Part shown: positions 9,330 to 20,874 of the stretch, piece after piece
Position numbering within the stretch: position 1 is the stretch's first letter
How the letters are laid out: every line of letters begins with the position of its first letter
From: Gemmatimonadaceae bacterium
GTDB lineage: Bacteria > Gemmatimonadota > Gemmatimonadetes > Gemmatimonadales > Gemmatimonadaceae
Assembly: GCA_051859245.1 (NCBI GenBank)
Contig: JBHYGA010000005.1
Span: 731,537 to 795,536, forward strand
Direction of reading: 5' to 3'
DNA length: 64,000 nt
The notes under the pieces: model-generated
What the model was told of the DNA's origin: nothing
Seen by the model: the letters and a program-made list of their open reading frames with translations, nothing else
Database searches by the model: none
Made by a program: the position numbers and the translations under genes

Positions 9330-10787
9330 ATGTCGGCCACGAACCTGTCCACGACACGCGAAACCGTCGGGCGTGATGCTGCCGCGGGTGAATCCGCTGG
9401 TGAAGCCGCTGGTGAAGCCGCGGAGCGCGATCGCACCGAACGTGACACGACGCAGGTTGATGCGCCTCTGCGCGACGCGCTGATGGCTACGGTGGACGCG
9501 TTGCCCGCCGCCGATCGACTGGTCCTCGCGGTCTCTGGCGGTAGCGATTCCATGGTGCTGCTGCACGCCATAGCGCGCTGGATGCCGAAGCGCGTGAGCA
9601 CGGTGGCCACCTTTGACCACGCCACCGGGCAGTACGCGCGCGACGCCGCATCGCTGGTGGCCGCCGAAGCGCGAAAGCTGCGTGTGCCGGTGATCCGGGA
9701 GCGTGCCATGCAATCGGGGCGCAGCGAACTGGAGTGGCGCGAGGCGCGATGGGCGTTTTTGCATCGGGTGGCGGGCGCGTACAAGGCGCGCGTGGCCACG
9801 GCGCATTCGGCCGACGACCAACTGGAGACGATCGTGCAGCGAATGCTGCGTGGAACGGGAGTGCGCGGGCTGGCCGCGCTGTTGGCGCCCGGGCCAGTGG
9901 TGCGTCCGTGGCTGCAACTCTCCCGCGCGCAGCTCGACGCCTATCGGGTGGCGCATAACGTGCCGTTTCTCGCCGATCCTGCCAACACCGACTGTCGCTA
10001 CCAGCGCGTGCGGGTTCGGCACGACCTGCTGCCGGCGCTGGCGAGTGTCGACCCGATGTTTGCACGCGACATGCACGCACTCGCTGAACGTGCGGCGCAG
10101 TGGCGCGCGGACGCGGATCGGCTGGTCGAGCGTCTGCCCTGGCAGAAAGTGAGCGATGGCGTCTGGCAGCTGGATCGGCGTGCTGTTGCCGGTTGGAATG
10201 CGGCGCAGCTCGGCGTGGTGTGGCCAACGATGATGTCGCAGGTTGGCGTGCGCCTGACAGCCGAAGGAACGCGTGCGTTGATTCGGTTTACTATCGGGCG
10301 TTCTGGAGCAGGTGAACTGCGATTGCATGACGGAAGTACCGTGGTGCGGCGCGGGCACGTGTTGGAAGTACGGTCGCCGGAGGTGTCACTGCACGAGCAG
10401 CAGGCGCGCGAGGCACCGGCCGGCGCGTTTCGAGTGGGCGAACCGTTCGCCTGGCCTGGTTGGCAGTTTGTGGCGGTAGAACCAGTGCCTGCAAAGGGCG
10501 ACCCGATCGGTCCGGAGTATGCTGGTTTTCCGGTGGGGCACGCGCTCGTCGTGCGCCATTGGAGAGACGGCGATCGAATTCGCACGTCGGGGGCACCGGC
10601 GGGACGGCGCATTTCGCGGTATCTTGCAGAAAGCGGCGTGCCGCGCCTTGACCGGCGGGGATGGCCGGTCGTCACGCTGGACGATGAAGTAGTCTGGGTT
10701 CCTGGGGTTTGCCGCGGCCTGGCCGCACCGCACCGATCCGGTCGATCGGACTTGATCTGGTATCGCAGTGAGCGCGAGTTCGATTGA
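9330..10787 (+). CDS. tilS: tRNA(Ile)-lysidine synthetase
   Basis: LAVSGGSDSMVL PP-loop, TAHSADDQLET, DPAN, RVRVRHDLLP, C-terminal TilS_C. Start uncertain. Confidence 0.92.
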   Translation: MSATNLSTTRETVGRDAAAGESAGEAAGEAAERDRTERDTTQVDAPLRDALMATVDALPAADRLVLAVSGGSDSMVLLHAIARWMPKRVSTVATFDHATGQYARDAASLVAAEARKLRVPVIRERAMQSGRSELEWREARWAFLHRVAGAYKARVATAHSADDQLETIVQRMLRGTGVRGLAALLAPGPVVRPWLQLSRAQLDAYRVAHNVPFLADPANTDCRYQRVRVRHDLLPALASVDPMFARDMHALAERAAQWRADADRLVERLPWQKVSDGVWQLDRRAVAGWNAAQLGVVWPTMMSQVGVRLTAEGTRALIRFTIGRSGAGELRLHDGSTVVRRGHVLEVRSPEVSLHEQQAREAPAGAFRVGEPFAWPGWQFVAVEPVPAKGDPIGPEYAGFPVGHALVVRHWRDGDRIRTSGAPAGRRISRYLAESGVPRLDRRGWPVVTLDDEVVWVPGVCRGLAAPHRSGRSDLIWYRSEREFD

Positions 10788-11319
10788 TCCGCGCCTCGAC
10801 GGCCGAGCCGTCAGGCGCATTGCGTATGATGAGGCGACCATCCAGAAACGGGTGGCCGAACTCGGTCGCGAGATTACGGCCGCCTATCCCGACGGCGAGT
10901 TGCTCGTGCTCGGTTTGCTCAAAGGGAGCTTCATCTTCTTGAGCGACCTGGTGCGGCACATTGAGCGTCCGCTGCAGGTCGATTTCCTTGTGGCGTCGAG
11001 CTACGGCGACGCCATGGAGAGCAGTGGCGTGGTACGTCTCCTCTATGATCCGGAAACGGAACTGGAGGGTAAACACATCTTGTTGGTGGAAGACATTGTC
11101 GACTCGGGACGCACCCTGGCGCGATTGATGGATCTCCTGTCGGCGCGGCAGCCCAAGTCGCTGGCGATTTGCGCGCTGTTACACAAGCACATTGCGGAAC
11201 ATCTTACGTCACCTGTGCAGTTTGTTGGGTTTGACGCACCTCATGAGTTTCTCGTCGGCTACGGATTGGATCATGCCGAGCATTTTCGGCACCTGCCGTA
11301 CGTCGCAAGCCTGGAATAA
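10768..11319 (+). CDS. hpt: Hypoxanthine phosphoribosyltransferase
   Basis: LLKGSFIFLSDL, ILLVEDIVDSGRTL PRPP motif, FLVGYGLD. Confidence 0.96.
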   Translation: MSASSIDPRLDGRAVRRIAYDEATIQKRVAELGREITAAYPDGELLVLGLLKGSFIFLSDLVRHIERPLQVDFLVASSYGDAMESSGVVRLLYDPETELEGKHILLVEDIVDSGRTLARLMDLLSARQPKSLAICALLHKHIAEHLTSPVQFVGFDAPHEFLVGYGLDHAEHFRHLPYVASLE

Positions 11320-11331
11320 GGTCAGTCACAC

Positions 11332-13320
11332 ATGCCCTCGCCAATGACCCCCCCGCCGAAGAAGCCGTTCAACTGGGGCCGCTTCTCGAAATCGCTGTCG
11401 TTCATCCTGCTGGTCATCTTGATACCGGTGGCGATTCTGTCGTACACGGGTGGCAAGGCTGACGCTGCGCCGCCGATCAAGTACAGCTTCTACATTGAGC
11501 AGCTCAAGGCGGGCAACATCAAAGACGTCTCCATTCAGGGCGGGAAGGTCGCCGTGGGTGCATTCCGTACGCCGATCAAGGCCAACGGAAAAGATGTCAA
11601 CCGCTTTACCATGCGCTTTCCGGTTGAGAACTCGGATGCCGAAGTTGAGTTGCTCAAGTCGTTCGGCGTAGAAATCGAAGCGCAGGAAGCGCGCGCGAAC
11701 CCAATGAGCATGCTCATTGGCTTCTTGCCGTGGCTGATCATTATTGGCTTCTGGATTTTCCTGTTCCGTCAGATGCAGTCGGGCGGCAACAAGGCGTTTT
11801 CGTTTGGCAAGAGCAAGGCCAAGTTGCTCAGCGGCGACACGCCCAAGATCACATTTGCCGATGTCGCGGGTGCCGACGAAGCCAAGGTTGAACTGCAGGA
11901 AATCATTGAGTTCCTGAAGGACCCGCAAAAGTTCACCAAGCTTGGTGGTCGTTTGCCCAAGGGTGCGTTGCTCGTGGGTCCGCCGGGTACGGGTAAAACG
12001 CTGCTCGCCAAGGCCGTGGCCGGTGAGGCCGGACGTCCGTTCTTCTCGATGTCGGGTTCCGACTTCGTGGAAATGTTCGTGGGCGTTGGCGCGTCACGCG
12101 TGCGTGATCTGTTTGAGCAGGGCAAGGCGCACGCGCCGTGCATCATCTTCATTGACGAAATCGATGCGGTCGGCCGTCATCGCGGCGCCGGTCTCGGTGG
12201 TGGACATGACGAACGCGAGCAGACGCTCAATCAGCTGCTCGTGGAAATGGACGGCTTTGAGTCGAACGAAGGCGTGATTCTCATTGCTGCCACCAACCGT
12301 CCCGACGTGCTCGATCCGGCGCTCCTGCGTCCGGGCCGTTTTGATCGACAGATTGTGGTCGACGCGCCGGACCTGCGTGGACGCGAAGGCATTCTGAAGG
12401 TGCATTTGCGCAACAAGCCAATCGCCGACGATGTCGAAATCACGTCACTGGCGCGTGGCACACCGGGCATGGCGGGTGCAGACCTGGCCAACCTGGTGAA
12501 CGAAGGTGCGTTGCTCGCCGCGCGTAAGGGTCACGACAAGATCTACATGAACGATCTTGAAGAGGCCAAGGACAAGGTGATGCTAGGTGCCGAGCGCAAG
12601 TCGCTGGTGATGCGCGAAGAGGAGCGTCGTCTCACGGCGTTCCACGAAGCAGGCCACGCGGTGTGCGCCATGATGGTCAAGGGCAACGATCCGTTGCACA
12701 AGGTGACCATTGTGCCACGCGGTCGTGCGCTCGGTGTGGCCTTCACATTGCCGGAAGACGATCGTGTGTCCGTCACGCGCGAGCAGCTTGAGGCGCGTTT
12801 GGTCATGGCGTACGGTGGTCGTGTGGCTGAAGAACTGGTGTTCGGACGCGATCGTGTGACCACGGGTGCGGCCAGCGACATTCAGCAAGCCACGTCACTG
12901 GCGCGTCGGTACGTGTCGCAGTGGGGTTTGAGCGACGCGGTCGGTCCGATCCTGGTGGGTGACAACGAGCACGAGGTCTTCCTTGGCCGCGAGTTGCAGA
13001 GCCGCCGCGAAGTGTCGGAAAAGACAGCGCAGCTGGTGGACGCTGAAGTGTCGCGCGTGATCAATGAAGCGTACTCGCGCGCTCGCACGGTGCTCACCGA
13101 ACACAAGGAACTGTTGCACGCGATGGCGACCAACCTGCTTGAGCGCGAAACGCTCACGCGTGAGGACTTTGTGATTCTGCGTGAAGGTGGCACGTTGCCG
13201 CCGCGTCAGCCGGAGCCCGGCTCGCTCGCCGCGCGTACGCCAACGCCGCCGGTCGTTCCGCAGACGGCGCGTCCGGTACCGCCTCCGCTGCTTGGTGGTC
13301 CTGAACCGTCTCCCGCGTGA
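11332..13320 (+). CDS. ftsH: ATP-dependent zinc metalloprotease FtsH
   Basis: Two TM segments, [39 protein letters not shown]. Confidence 0.99.
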   Translation: MPSPMTPPPKKPFNWGRFSKSLSFILLVILIPVAILSYTGGKADAAPPIKYSFYIEQLKAGNIKDVSIQGGKVAVGAFRTPIKANGKDVNRFTMRFPVENSDAEVELLKSFGVEIEAQEARANPMSMLIGFLPWLIIIGFWIFLFRQMQSGGNKAFSFGKSKAKLLSGDTPKITFADVAGADEAKVELQEIIEFLKDPQKFTKLGGRLPKGALLVGPPGTGKTLLAKAVAGEAGRPFFSMSGSDFVEMFVGVGASRVRDLFEQGKAHAPCIIFIDEIDAVGRHRGAGLGGGHDEREQTLNQLLVEMDGFESNEGVILIAATNRPDVLDPALLRPGRFDRQIVVDAPDLRGREGILKVHLRNKPIADDVEITSLARGTPGMAGADLANLVNEGALLAARKGHDKIYMNDLEEAKDKVMLGAERKSLVMREEERRLTAFHEAGHAVCAMMVKGNDPLHKVTIVPRGRALGVAFTLPEDDRVSVTREQLEARLVMAYGGRVAEELVFGRDRVTTGAASDIQQATSLARRYVSQWGLSDAVGPILVGDNEHEVFLGRELQSRREVSEKTAQLVDAEVSRVINEAYSRARTVLTEHKELLHAMATNLLERETLTREDFVILREGGTLPPRQPEPGSLAARTPTPPVVPQTARPVPPPLLGGPEPSPA

Positions 13321-13364
13321 TCTGATGCCACGGTAGTTGCAGCACACCTGGCACTGGGCTTTCG

Positions 13365-13405
13365 CCACGGGCGGCTTCGGGGTTATCTCCCCAAGCCGCC
13401 CGTGG
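13365..13405 (+). terminator. GC-rich stem-loop after ftsH (terminator or mRNA-stabilising hairpin)
   Basis: CCACGGGCGGCTT-C-GGGG-TTATCT-CCCC-AAGCCGCCCGTGG, with a weak U-tract. Confidence 0.55.
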
Positions 13406-13462
13406 TCTATTTAGGACGTTCGTACGTGCCGTTTTCTTCGCATCACACTCTCGCCCGCTTTC

Positions 13463-14257
13463 GTGCCCGATTTCACGTTGCTGCACCCACTGCGTGTCGA
13501 CTGGCGCGATCTCCTGGAGATTGCGCTGGTGTCCGTGCTGTTCTATCGGGTGCTGCTGCTTATTCGTGGTTCGCGCGCCCTGCAAATGCTGGGGGGAATT
13601 GTGGTGCTCACGCTCGCATACGTTGCGGCGTGGGTGCTGAAACTGAGCATGATCACGTACCTGCTTGGGCTGGTATTCACGTACGGTGCGTTCGCGCTGC
13701 TGGTGATCTTTCAACCTGAGCTGCGCTCGGCGCTGGCGCACATTGGGCCGTCGCGCATGACACGCGTGTTTCGCCGGCTCGAAGGTGGTGAAGTGCTCGA
13801 CGAAATTGTGGACGCGGTGGATCGGCTTTCACGCTCGGGTGTGGGCGCGATCATTGTGCTCGAGCGCGAGATGTCGCTCGATGATTTCGTGGATAGTGGT
13901 TCTGGCCTCGAAGCCAAGGTGTCCGCAGATCTGCTCACCACGATCTTTACGCCGTACTCGCCGCTGCACGATGGCGCGGTGGTCATTCGTGGCGACACGA
14001 TTGTTGGTGCGGGCTGCATTTTGCCGCTCTCGCAAACCGTGTCGCTCGATCGCACCATGGGCACGCGGCATCGAGCGGCGCTTGGTTTGTCTGAAGAGTC
14101 GGACGCGCTTGTCGTGGTGATCAGCGAGGAACGCGCGTCGATCAGCATTGCGCAGGGTGGGAAACTGCGCACGGATCTCTCGCCGTTGCAGGTTCGTGAC
14201 CTGCTGGCCGGCCGAGAGCCACGGGCCACCGCCGAACACGCGGTCATGTCGCTCTGA
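13463..14257 (+). CDS. cdaA: Diadenylate cyclase CdaA
   Basis: Three N-terminal TM helices, IFQPELRSAL, SPLHDGA, GTRHRAALG, VISEE. Confidence 0.95.
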   Translation: MPDFTLLHPLRVDWRDLLEIALVSVLFYRVLLLIRGSRALQMLGGIVVLTLAYVAAWVLKLSMITYLLGLVFTYGAFALLVIFQPELRSALAHIGPSRMTRVFRRLEGGEVLDEIVDAVDRLSRSGVGAIIVLEREMSLDDFVDSGSGLEAKVSADLLTTIFTPYSPLHDGAVVIRGDTIVGAGCILPLSQTVSLDRTMGTRHRAALGLSEESDALVVVISEERASISIAQGGKLRTDLSPLQVRDLLAGREPRATAEHAVMSL

Positions 14258-14366
14258 CACCTTGGTGTCACATAGACGCTAGCGCGTCCCTGCGTCACTT
14301 GTCCGGGCTCTGGCGCATATCTAACTTCATATGTTAGGCCATTTTCCGCCCTCCCATCGGTTTTCT

Positions 14367-15083
14367 GTGCCCGAACTCGCCTCGCCGCCCATTGCTTCGG
14401 CGTTTCTCGATGACGTTGCGCATCGTGTTCGCGACGCGCGAGCGCGCATTGCGGAAGCACGTGCTCGCGGCGGTCACGGGCAGGATGTCACGTTGATTGC
14501 CGTGACCAAGACACACGGCGTTGACGCGGTGTACGCAGCTCATGCGGCGGGCGTGCTTGATGTGGGCGAGAATCGTGTGCAGGAAGCGGAGCCCAAGCGC
14601 GCGCAGTGCACGGCGCCGGTGCGATGGCATTTGATCGGGCATGTGCAGCGCAACAAAGCGGTGTCGGCGGTGACGTTTGATCTGGTGCATTCGCTGGATT
14701 CTGATCGGCTCGCGGTCGCGCTCAACGATGCCGCGAGCAAGGCGGAGCGTCGCTGCGATGTGCTGTTGCAAGTGAACGTGAGTGGCGAGGAGAGCAAGTT
14801 CGGCGTGCCGGCGGCTGATGTCGCGGCGTTCGCAGATCGTTTGCAAGGACTCTCGTTTCTGCGTGTGTGCGGTGTGATGACGATGGCACCGTTCGATGCC
14901 GAAGAGCGCACGCTGCGCGAGGTGTTCTCCGGCGCTCGTGCGTGTCTGGCGCAGGTCAAGGCTGCTGGGCATGACGCCGTGGTGCTGTCGATGGGGATGT
15001 CGGGCGATTTTGAGATTGCAGTTGAAGAAGGCGCGACGCACGTGCGTCTGGGCACCATGCTTTTTGGCGCGCGTGAGGGTTAA
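14367..15083 (+). CDS. yggS: PLP homeostasis protein YggS/PLPBP
   Basis: LIAVTKT, GENRVQE, WHLIGHVQRNK, LSMGMSGDF, GATHVRLGT. Start at 14331 or 14367. Confidence 0.95.
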   Translation: MPELASPPIASAFLDDVAHRVRDARARIAEARARGGHGQDVTLIAVTKTHGVDAVYAAHAAGVLDVGENRVQEAEPKRAQCTAPVRWHLIGHVQRNKAVSAVTFDLVHSLDSDRLAVALNDAASKAERRCDVLLQVNVSGEESKFGVPAADVAAFADRLQGLSFLRVCGVMTMAPFDAEERTLREVFSGARACLAQVKAAGHDAVVLSMGMSGDFEIAVEEGATHVRLGTMLFGAREG

Positions 15084-15130
15084 GTCGTGATTTTGCGCAA
15101 CGGATATTCTTTCAGGACTCGGGGCATCGC

Positions 15131-15751
15131 ATGACGGATGATCGTTTTCGGCTAACGGCGCTCGACGCGCGTCGGTGGGATTTTGGCAACGCGCTGCGTG
15201 GCTATGATCGCGCGCGCGTTGATGAGTTCCGCGATCAGGTTGCCGACGAACTGGAACGCATGTCTCGCACCAATCAGGAACTTGAGACCAAGGTCAGCAA
15301 CTTCCTGGAGCAGTTGCGCGTGTTTCGCGATCGCGACAAGGCGCTCAACGAAGCACTCGTGTCCGCGCAGCAGCTGCGCGGTGAGATTCGGAGTCAGGCC
15401 GAACGCGAAGCGCAGTTGATCCTGCGCGAGGCGCAGAGCGAGGCGGAGCGCATTGTGGGATCGGTGCAGGGTGATCTCAAGCGCGCGGAAGAAGAGTTGC
15501 AGCAGTTGTGGCGTCAGCGAAAGGCGTTTCTCACGCAGATGCGCACACTGGTGGAACGTCAGTCATCGGAGATCGCAGCTGCAGAAAGTGCACCGGCGCC
15601 GGTGCTCGGCAGCACAGAGCGTAACGAACGGAATGAGCGCCACGAGCGTTCGGTGCGTGACGAGATGCCCGAACGGATTGAGCCGCCGGTTCGTCCCGCC
15701 ATGCCAACCCCGTCGTGGCTTGACGCCATGGGCAGTGAGGAGTCGTCATGA
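15131..15751 (+). CDS. divIVA: DivIVA domain protein
   Basis: LTALD...F...[13 protein letters not shown]-terminus followed by a long coiled coil. Conserved position after yggS. Confidence 0.88.
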   Translation: MTDDRFRLTALDARRWDFGNALRGYDRARVDEFRDQVADELERMSRTNQELETKVSNFLEQLRVFRDRDKALNEALVSAQQLRGEIRSQAEREAQLILREAQSEAERIVGSVQGDLKRAEEELQQLWRQRKAFLTQMRTLVERQSSEIAAAESAPAPVLGSTERNERNERHERSVRDEMPERIEPPVRPAMPTPSWLDAMGSEESS

Positions 15752-16647
15752 CCACACCACACGGATTTCCGCAGCTCCAGTACACGCAGGAGCACACCGC
15801 GGTTGGCCTCGCGCATCCGGCGCTTGGGCTGCACGCCAGTGAACGCATTGGTGCGGCGGCACACGCTGTGCGACAGCGTTTTGCCAAACCCATTGATGCC
15901 GCGATCATTCTCGGCACCGGGCTCGGTGCGCTCGCGGACGACATCGATATTGAAGTGTCGATTGGTTATGAAGAGCTGCCAAACTTTCCGCTCTCCACGG
16001 TAGAGTCGCATCGCGGACGGTTGCTGTGCGGTACCCTCGGCGGGAAAACCGTGATTGCCATGCAGGGTCGCTTTCATCGCTACGAAGGCTACTCGCTGCA
16101 GCAAGTCACGTTTCCGGTGCGTGTGCTGCGCGCGCTTGGCGCCGAGACCTTGATTGTGTCGAACGCGTGCGGCGGCATGAACCCGCTGTGGCAGGCGGGT
16201 GATCTCATGTTGATCTCCGATCACATCAATCTGCTGGGCGACAATCCGCTCATTGGTCCGAACGACGAAACACTCGGCCCTCGTTTTCCGGATATGTCGG
16301 TGCCGTATGAACCGGCGCTTCGTGCACTGGCGCGCAAGGTGGCGGCCGAGGCCGGTATCACGTTGCGCGAAGGTGTGTATGTGGCGGTGCCAGGCCCGAA
16401 TCTTGAAACGCGCGCCGAGTATCGCTTTCTGCGCACCATTGGCGCGGACGTTGTGGGCATGAGCACTGTGCCGGAAGTGATCGTGGCTCGGCACGGCGGT
16501 ATGCGCGTGCTCGGGCTGTCGATCATTACCGATCTGTGTTTGCCGGATGCTCTGGAGCCAACAAATCTTGCGGACATCTTGCGCGTCGCGCGCGAGGCGG
16601 AGCCGCAGCTAACGAAGGTGGTCCGTGGCGTGGTGGAGCGTTTGTGA
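15748..16647 (+). CDS. punA: Purine nucleoside phosphorylase (trimeric PNP family)
   Basis: [45 protein letters not shown]. Confidence 0.93.
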   Translation: MTTPHGFPQLQYTQEHTAVGLAHPALGLHASERIGAAAHAVRQRFAKPIDAAIILGTGLGALADDIDIEVSIGYEELPNFPLSTVESHRGRLLCGTLGGKTVIAMQGRFHRYEGYSLQQVTFPVRVLRALGAETLIVSNACGGMNPLWQAGDLMLISDHINLLGDNPLIGPNDETLGPRFPDMSVPYEPALRALARKVAAEAGITLREGVYVAVPGPNLETRAEYRFLRTIGADVVGMSTVPEVIVARHGGMRVLGLSIITDLCLPDALEPTNLADILRVAREAEPQLTKVVRGVVERL

Positions 16648-19600
16648 GCGTAACTGAGCAATTGGTGTTGCCGTTTCCGATTCCTGACAGCGAGCAGAAG
16701 CCTGCCGAGCTGGAGCGGGCGATGCTTGATACGTGGCGCGAAGAGTCGCTCTTCGCGGCGGTTCAGGAGTCGCGCGCCTCGGCGCCGCCGTTCGTGTTTT
16801 TTGAGGGACCGCCAACGGCCAACGGTCGCCCGGGCATTCACCATGTATTTGCGCGCACCGTAAAGGATCTGTTCTGTCGCCACCGTGCAATGAGCGGATT
16901 TTTTGTGCCGCGCAAAGCGGGATGGGATACGCACGGACTGCCGGTTGAGATCGAAGTTGAGAAGGAGCTGCAGCGCGAGAAGGCAGCGCGCGAAGGGCAG
17001 GATCCCAACGAGGTGCGTAAGCTCACCGGCAAGCAACTGATTGAAGAAACCGGCGTGGCCGAGTTCAATCGTCGCTGTCGCGACAGCGTCTGGAAGTATC
17101 GTGGCGATTGGGAGTCCGTGTCGGAGCGCATGGCCTATTGGCTTGACTACAGCGATCCCTACGTCACGTATCACAACAACTACGTGGAGTCGGTGTGGTG
17201 GGCGTTGGCCACACTGCACGAGAAGTCGCTGCTCACCAAGGGCCACAAGATCCTGCCGTACTGCTCGCGCTGTGGCACGGCGTTGTCGAGCCATGAAGTG
17301 GCGCAGGGCTATCACGACGTGGAAGATCCGAGTGTGTATGTGTCGCTCGATCTCGCGCCGAGCGATGACGCACCGGGTATTCGCCGCCGCATCATTGTGT
17401 GGACGACGACGCCGTGGACGCTCGTGTCGAACACGGCGCTCGCCGTGCATCCCACGCTGGTGTACGCGGAGCTGCGCAAAAAGAATGTGAGTGACTGGAC
17501 GATCATTCTTGCCGAAGCGCGCGTACCGGCGGTGCTCGGTGGTGATTGGGCCGATCGCTGGGACGTTGTGCGCACACACGTGGGCCAGGATCTTGTGGGG
17601 CAGCGTTATACGCGTCCGCTCGACTGGGTGGAATACCCGGAAGAGGGCGCGCACGAGATCATTGTCGGCGAAGAGTTCGTGACCGCCGAAGATGGTAGCG
17701 GCGTGGTACATATGGCGCCGGCGTTTGGCGCTGACGACTACGCGGCCGGCAAGCGGCACGGCCTTGCGTTTGTGCAGCCCGTCACGTCGCGCGGTGAGTT
17801 TGCCGACGGCACGCCGCTTGTGGCGGGCATGTTCGTGAAATCAGCCGATCCGATCATTGTTGAAGAGCTCGAGCGCCGCGGTGTGTTGTGGAAGGCGCAG
17901 AAGTTCATGCATGCGTACCCGCATTGCTGGCGGTGCGACACGCCGCTGCTGTATTACGCGCGCGAGAGCTGGTTCATTCGCACCACCGCGGTGCGTGAAG
18001 CCATGATGTCGCGCAACGCCGATGTGAATTGGAATCCGCCCGAAATCGGCGCCGGTCGTTTTGGCGAGTGGTTGTCGAACAATGTGGACTGGGCGATTTC
18101 ACGCGATCGATACTGGGGTACGCCGCTCCCGGTGTGGGTGAACGATGCCGATGCGTCCGAGATTGAAGTGATCGGCAGTTTTGCGCAGCTGGCAGAACGT
18201 GTTGGTCGCACACTCGGCGACGATTTTGAGCCGCACAAGCCGTTTATCGACGAGTACACGTGGCCGGCACGCAGTGGCACGGGCACGATGCGTCGTGTGC
18301 CTGAAGTTATTGATACCTGGTTTGACTCCGGGTCCATGCCGTTTGCGCAGTGGCACTACCCGTTTGAGAATCGCGACGTGGTGGAGGCACAGTACCCGGC
18401 AGACTTTATCGCTGAGGGCGTCGATCAAACGCGCGGCTGGTTCTATTCGCTGCTCGCGATTGCCACGGGGCTCGGTGATGCGCTGCCGAACAACATGAAC
18501 GGTGCAGCGCCGTACAAAGCCGTGGTGGTGAATGATCTGGTGCTCGATGCCAATGGACAGAAGATGTCCAAGAGCAAGGGCAACGTGGTGGACCCGTGGC
18601 AGGTGATGGATCGCCACGGCGCCGATGCAGTACGTCTGTTCCTGGTGGCCTCGAGCCAGGTCTGGACGCCACGTCGCTTTGATGAAGACGGCATTCGCGA
18701 GTTGGCGGGTCGTTTCCTCCTCACGTTGCGCAATGTGTACGGCGGCATCTTTGCGCAGTACGCGAACTTCGGCTGGTCGCCGTCATCGAATGATCCGGCG
18801 GTGGCCGATCGACCGGCCCTTGATCGTTGGATTTTGTCGCGCCTCACGCGTGTGGAAACGGAAGTCAATGCGTTGCTCATGTCGTACGACGCAACGACCG
18901 CCGCGAAGCGCGTTATCCAGTTTGTTGATGACGACGTCTCCAAATGGTACGTGCGTCTGTCTCGTCCGCGTTTTTATGAGGTAGACGGTGCAGACAATCG
19001 CGCGGCCTTTGCCACACTGCACGAAGTGCTCACGGTCACATCGCGGTTGCTGGCGCCGTTCGCGCCGTTCTTCAGTGATTGGTTGCACCGCGCACTCACG
19101 GGTTCGTCGGTGCATTTAGCGTCATTCGTGCGCACCACAACGCACACCGATGCGGAGCTCGAGCAGAACATGGCGGCCATCCGTGCTTTGGCCGGTCTTG
19201 GTCATGCGGCGCGAGACGTGGCTGATGTGCGTGTGCGTCAGCCGCTGTCCATGCTGCAGTGCGTGGTGCCGGCGAACGCCGCGGGTGCCGCACACCTCGC
19301 GCCACTGCTCGCGTCTGAGCTCAATGTGAAGTCGGTACAGTTTGTGACCAGCACCGATGCATTGATCACACTCGAAGGCAAGCCCAACTTCCGAGTGCTT
19401 GGCAAGAAGTTCGGCGGCAGTACGCCGCAGGTGGCCGCGGCGGCGTCGGCGCTGAGCGATGAACAGTTGCGAGTGCTCGCGGGCGGGGGCTCGATCACGA
19501 TTGTGGTGGCGGATGAACCGCGCGAGATCACACCGGACGATGTGACGATTGTTCGCCGAGCATCGGGCGCGGCGGTGGTGCAGGAAGACGGTGGGTTTGG

Positions 19601-19934
19601 TGTGGCGTTGGATCCCACCATTTCGCCGGAGTTGAGAGCGGAAGGATTGTCGCGCGAAATTGTCAGCCGTGTACAGCGTTTGCGCAGGGATGCGTCACTG
19701 GCGGTGAGTGATCGTATCCAGCTTGCGATTGCTGGTGATGCAGAGATCGAATCGGTCGCTCGGGAGTATTCAGCACACATCGCCGGCGAAGTGCTGGCGA
19801 CAACGGTCCTGGTAGGGATTGACGCTGGTTCGCCGTTCCACGAGGGAACGGTCGACGACTCATGGTCCGCGAGGCAGGACGGCGATGTCGATGGACGCGC
19901 CGTACGAATCGCGCTCAGGAAGGATGGAAGCTGA
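16644..19934 (+). CDS. ileS: Isoleucine--tRNA ligase, type 2
   Basis: [64 protein letters not shown]. Long C-terminus without Zn finger. Start taken at GTG 16644. Confidence 0.97.
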   Translation: MSVTEQLVLPFPIPDSEQKPAELERAMLDTWREESLFAAVQESRASAPPFVFFEGPPTANGRPGIHHVFARTVKDLFCRHRAMSGFFVPRKAGWDTHGLPVEIEVEKELQREKAAREGQDPNEVRKLTGKQLIEETGVAEFNRRCRDSVWKYRGDWESVSERMAYWLDYSDPYVTYHNNYVESVWWALATLHEKSLLTKGHKILPYCSRCGTALSSHEVAQGYHDVEDPSVYVSLDLAPSDDAPGIRRRIIVWTTTPWTLVSNTALAVHPTLVYAELRKKNVSDWTIILAEARVPAVLGGDWADRWDVVRTHVGQDLVGQRYTRPLDWVEYPEEGAHEIIVGEEFVTAEDGSGVVHMAPAFGADDYAAGKRHGLAFVQPVTSRGEFADGTPLVAGMFVKSADPIIVEELERRGVLWKAQKFMHAYPHCWRCDTPLLYYARESWFIRTTAVREAMMSRNADVNWNPPEIGAGRFGEWLSNNVDWAISRDRYWGTPLPVWVNDADASEIEVIGSFAQLAERVGRTLGDDFEPHKPFIDEYTWPARSGTGTMRRVPEVIDTWFDSGSMPFAQWHYPFENRDVVEAQYPADFIAEGVDQTRGWFYSLLAIATGLGDALPNNMNGAAPYKAVVVNDLVLDANGQKMSKSKGNVVDPWQVMDRHGADAVRLFLVASSQVWTPRRFDEDGIRELAGRFLLTLRNVYGGIFAQYANFGWSPSSNDPAVADRPALDRWILSRLTRVETEVNALLMSYDATTAAKRVIQFVDDDVSKWYVRLSRPRFYEVDGADNRAAFATLHEVLTVTSRLLAPFAPFFSDWLHRALTGSSVHLASFVRTTTHTDAELEQNMAAIRALAGLGHAARDVADVRVRQPLSMLQCVVPANAAGAAHLAPLLASELNVKSVQFVTSTDALITLEGKPNFRVLGKKFGGSTPQVAAAASALSDEQLRVLAGGGSITIVVADEPREITPDDVTIVRRASGAAVVQEDGGFGVALDPTISPELRAEGLSREIVSRVQRLRRDASLAVSDRIQLAIAGDAEIESVAREYSAHIAGEVLATTVLVGIDAGSPFHEGTVDDSWSARQDGDVDGRAVRIALRKDGS

Positions 19935-20353
19935 TGGTTGCTCCGAATGCGCCTAAGAAGCCCAAGCCGATGTCCAAGAAGCACCTCGCACACTTCGAAG
20001 CGCGATTGCTCGAAGAACGCAAGCGTGTGATCAAGGAGCTCGGGCATCACGGTGATACGTTTGGCCCGAACGCCGAAAGCGATAGCGGTGACACCGCGGC
20101 GTACTCGTTCCACATGGCCGATCAGGGCACCGACGCCATGGAGCGTGAGAAGGCGTTCCTGTTCGCCAGTCAGGAAGGACGGTTCCTGTGGCACATCGAT
20201 CAGGCACTCCGTCGCTTGTACAAGTCGCCGGATACGTTCGGCAAGTGTCACCAGTGCGGCCAGGATATCGCCTTCGAACGACTGGATGCGTTGCCGCACG
20301 CGCGGTTCTGCATTGAGTGCAAGCAGCGCGAAGAAGACGCAAAAAAGGGATAA
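19934..20353 (+). CDS. TraR/DksA C4-type zinc finger protein
   Basis: Coiled coil with HMADQGTD, then CHQC...ERLDALPHARFCIEC. Confidence 0.9.
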   Translation: MVAPNAPKKPKPMSKKHLAHFEARLLEERKRVIKELGHHGDTFGPNAESDSGDTAAYSFHMADQGTDAMEREKAFLFASQEGRFLWHIDQALRRLYKSPDTFGKCHQCGQDIAFERLDALPHARFCIECKQREEDAKKG

Positions 20354-20354
20354 C

Positions 20355-20858
20355 GTGAACGCTTTGATTTATTGGCCGGTCATGATTGTGGTGGTGTTGT
20401 CGGACATCATCACCAAGCAGATTGCCGTGGCCACGCTGTCGCCGGCGGGCGTGCCGCGTCCGGTGTGGGGCGAGCTGCTGCGGTGGACACTGGTGTACAA
20501 CCCGGGCGCTGCGTTCGGGTTGTACCTGGGTTCGTATTCGCGATGGATTTTTCTCACGCTGAGCGTGGCCGCGCTGATCATTTTGTGGCGCATGTATCGC
20601 CAGTCGGTCTCGGGCGATACCACCCGCGTGCTGGCCGTGGCGCTGGTGTCGGCTGGCGCGCTGGGCAACCTGATTGATCGCGTGCGTCACGAGTATGGCG
20701 TGGTAGACTTTATCGACGTTGGTATTGGCACATCACGCTGGCCTACCTTCAACATTGCCGACATGGCCGTGAGCGCCGGTGCGTTTTTGCTGGCCTACGT
20801 GTTATGGAACGAAGATCCGGAACCTGCCGCACCGTCGGCCAGCAACAGCGCGGCCTGA
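20355..20858 (+). CDS. lspA: Lipoprotein signal peptidase II (copy 1)
   Basis: DIITK, NPGAAFG, GALGNLIDR, VVDFI, FNIAD. Confidence 0.95.
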   Translation: MNALIYWPVMIVVVLSDIITKQIAVATLSPAGVPRPVWGELLRWTLVYNPGAAFGLYLGSYSRWIFLTLSVAALIILWRMYRQSVSGDTTRVLAVALVSAGALGNLIDRVRHEYGVVDFIDVGIGTSRWPTFNIADMAVSAGAFLLAYVLWNEDPEPAAPSASNSAA

Positions 20859-20874
20859 TGTCGCGACTGGCGTG

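Noticed and set aside
13321..13462. c-di-AMP riboswitch upstream of cdaA
   Set aside because: Only a simple hairpin is visible and I could not match ydaO consensus elements.
15616..15650. [11 protein letters not shown] repeat in DivIVA
   Set aside because: Short low-complexity expansion in a disordered tail, with no evidence of function.
16221..17759. Long antisense ORFs (this 512-aa one, 22134-23393, 28642-29817, 40172-41326 and others)
   Set aside because: Shadow frames of well-supported + strand genes in GC-rich DNA, with no recognisable motifs.
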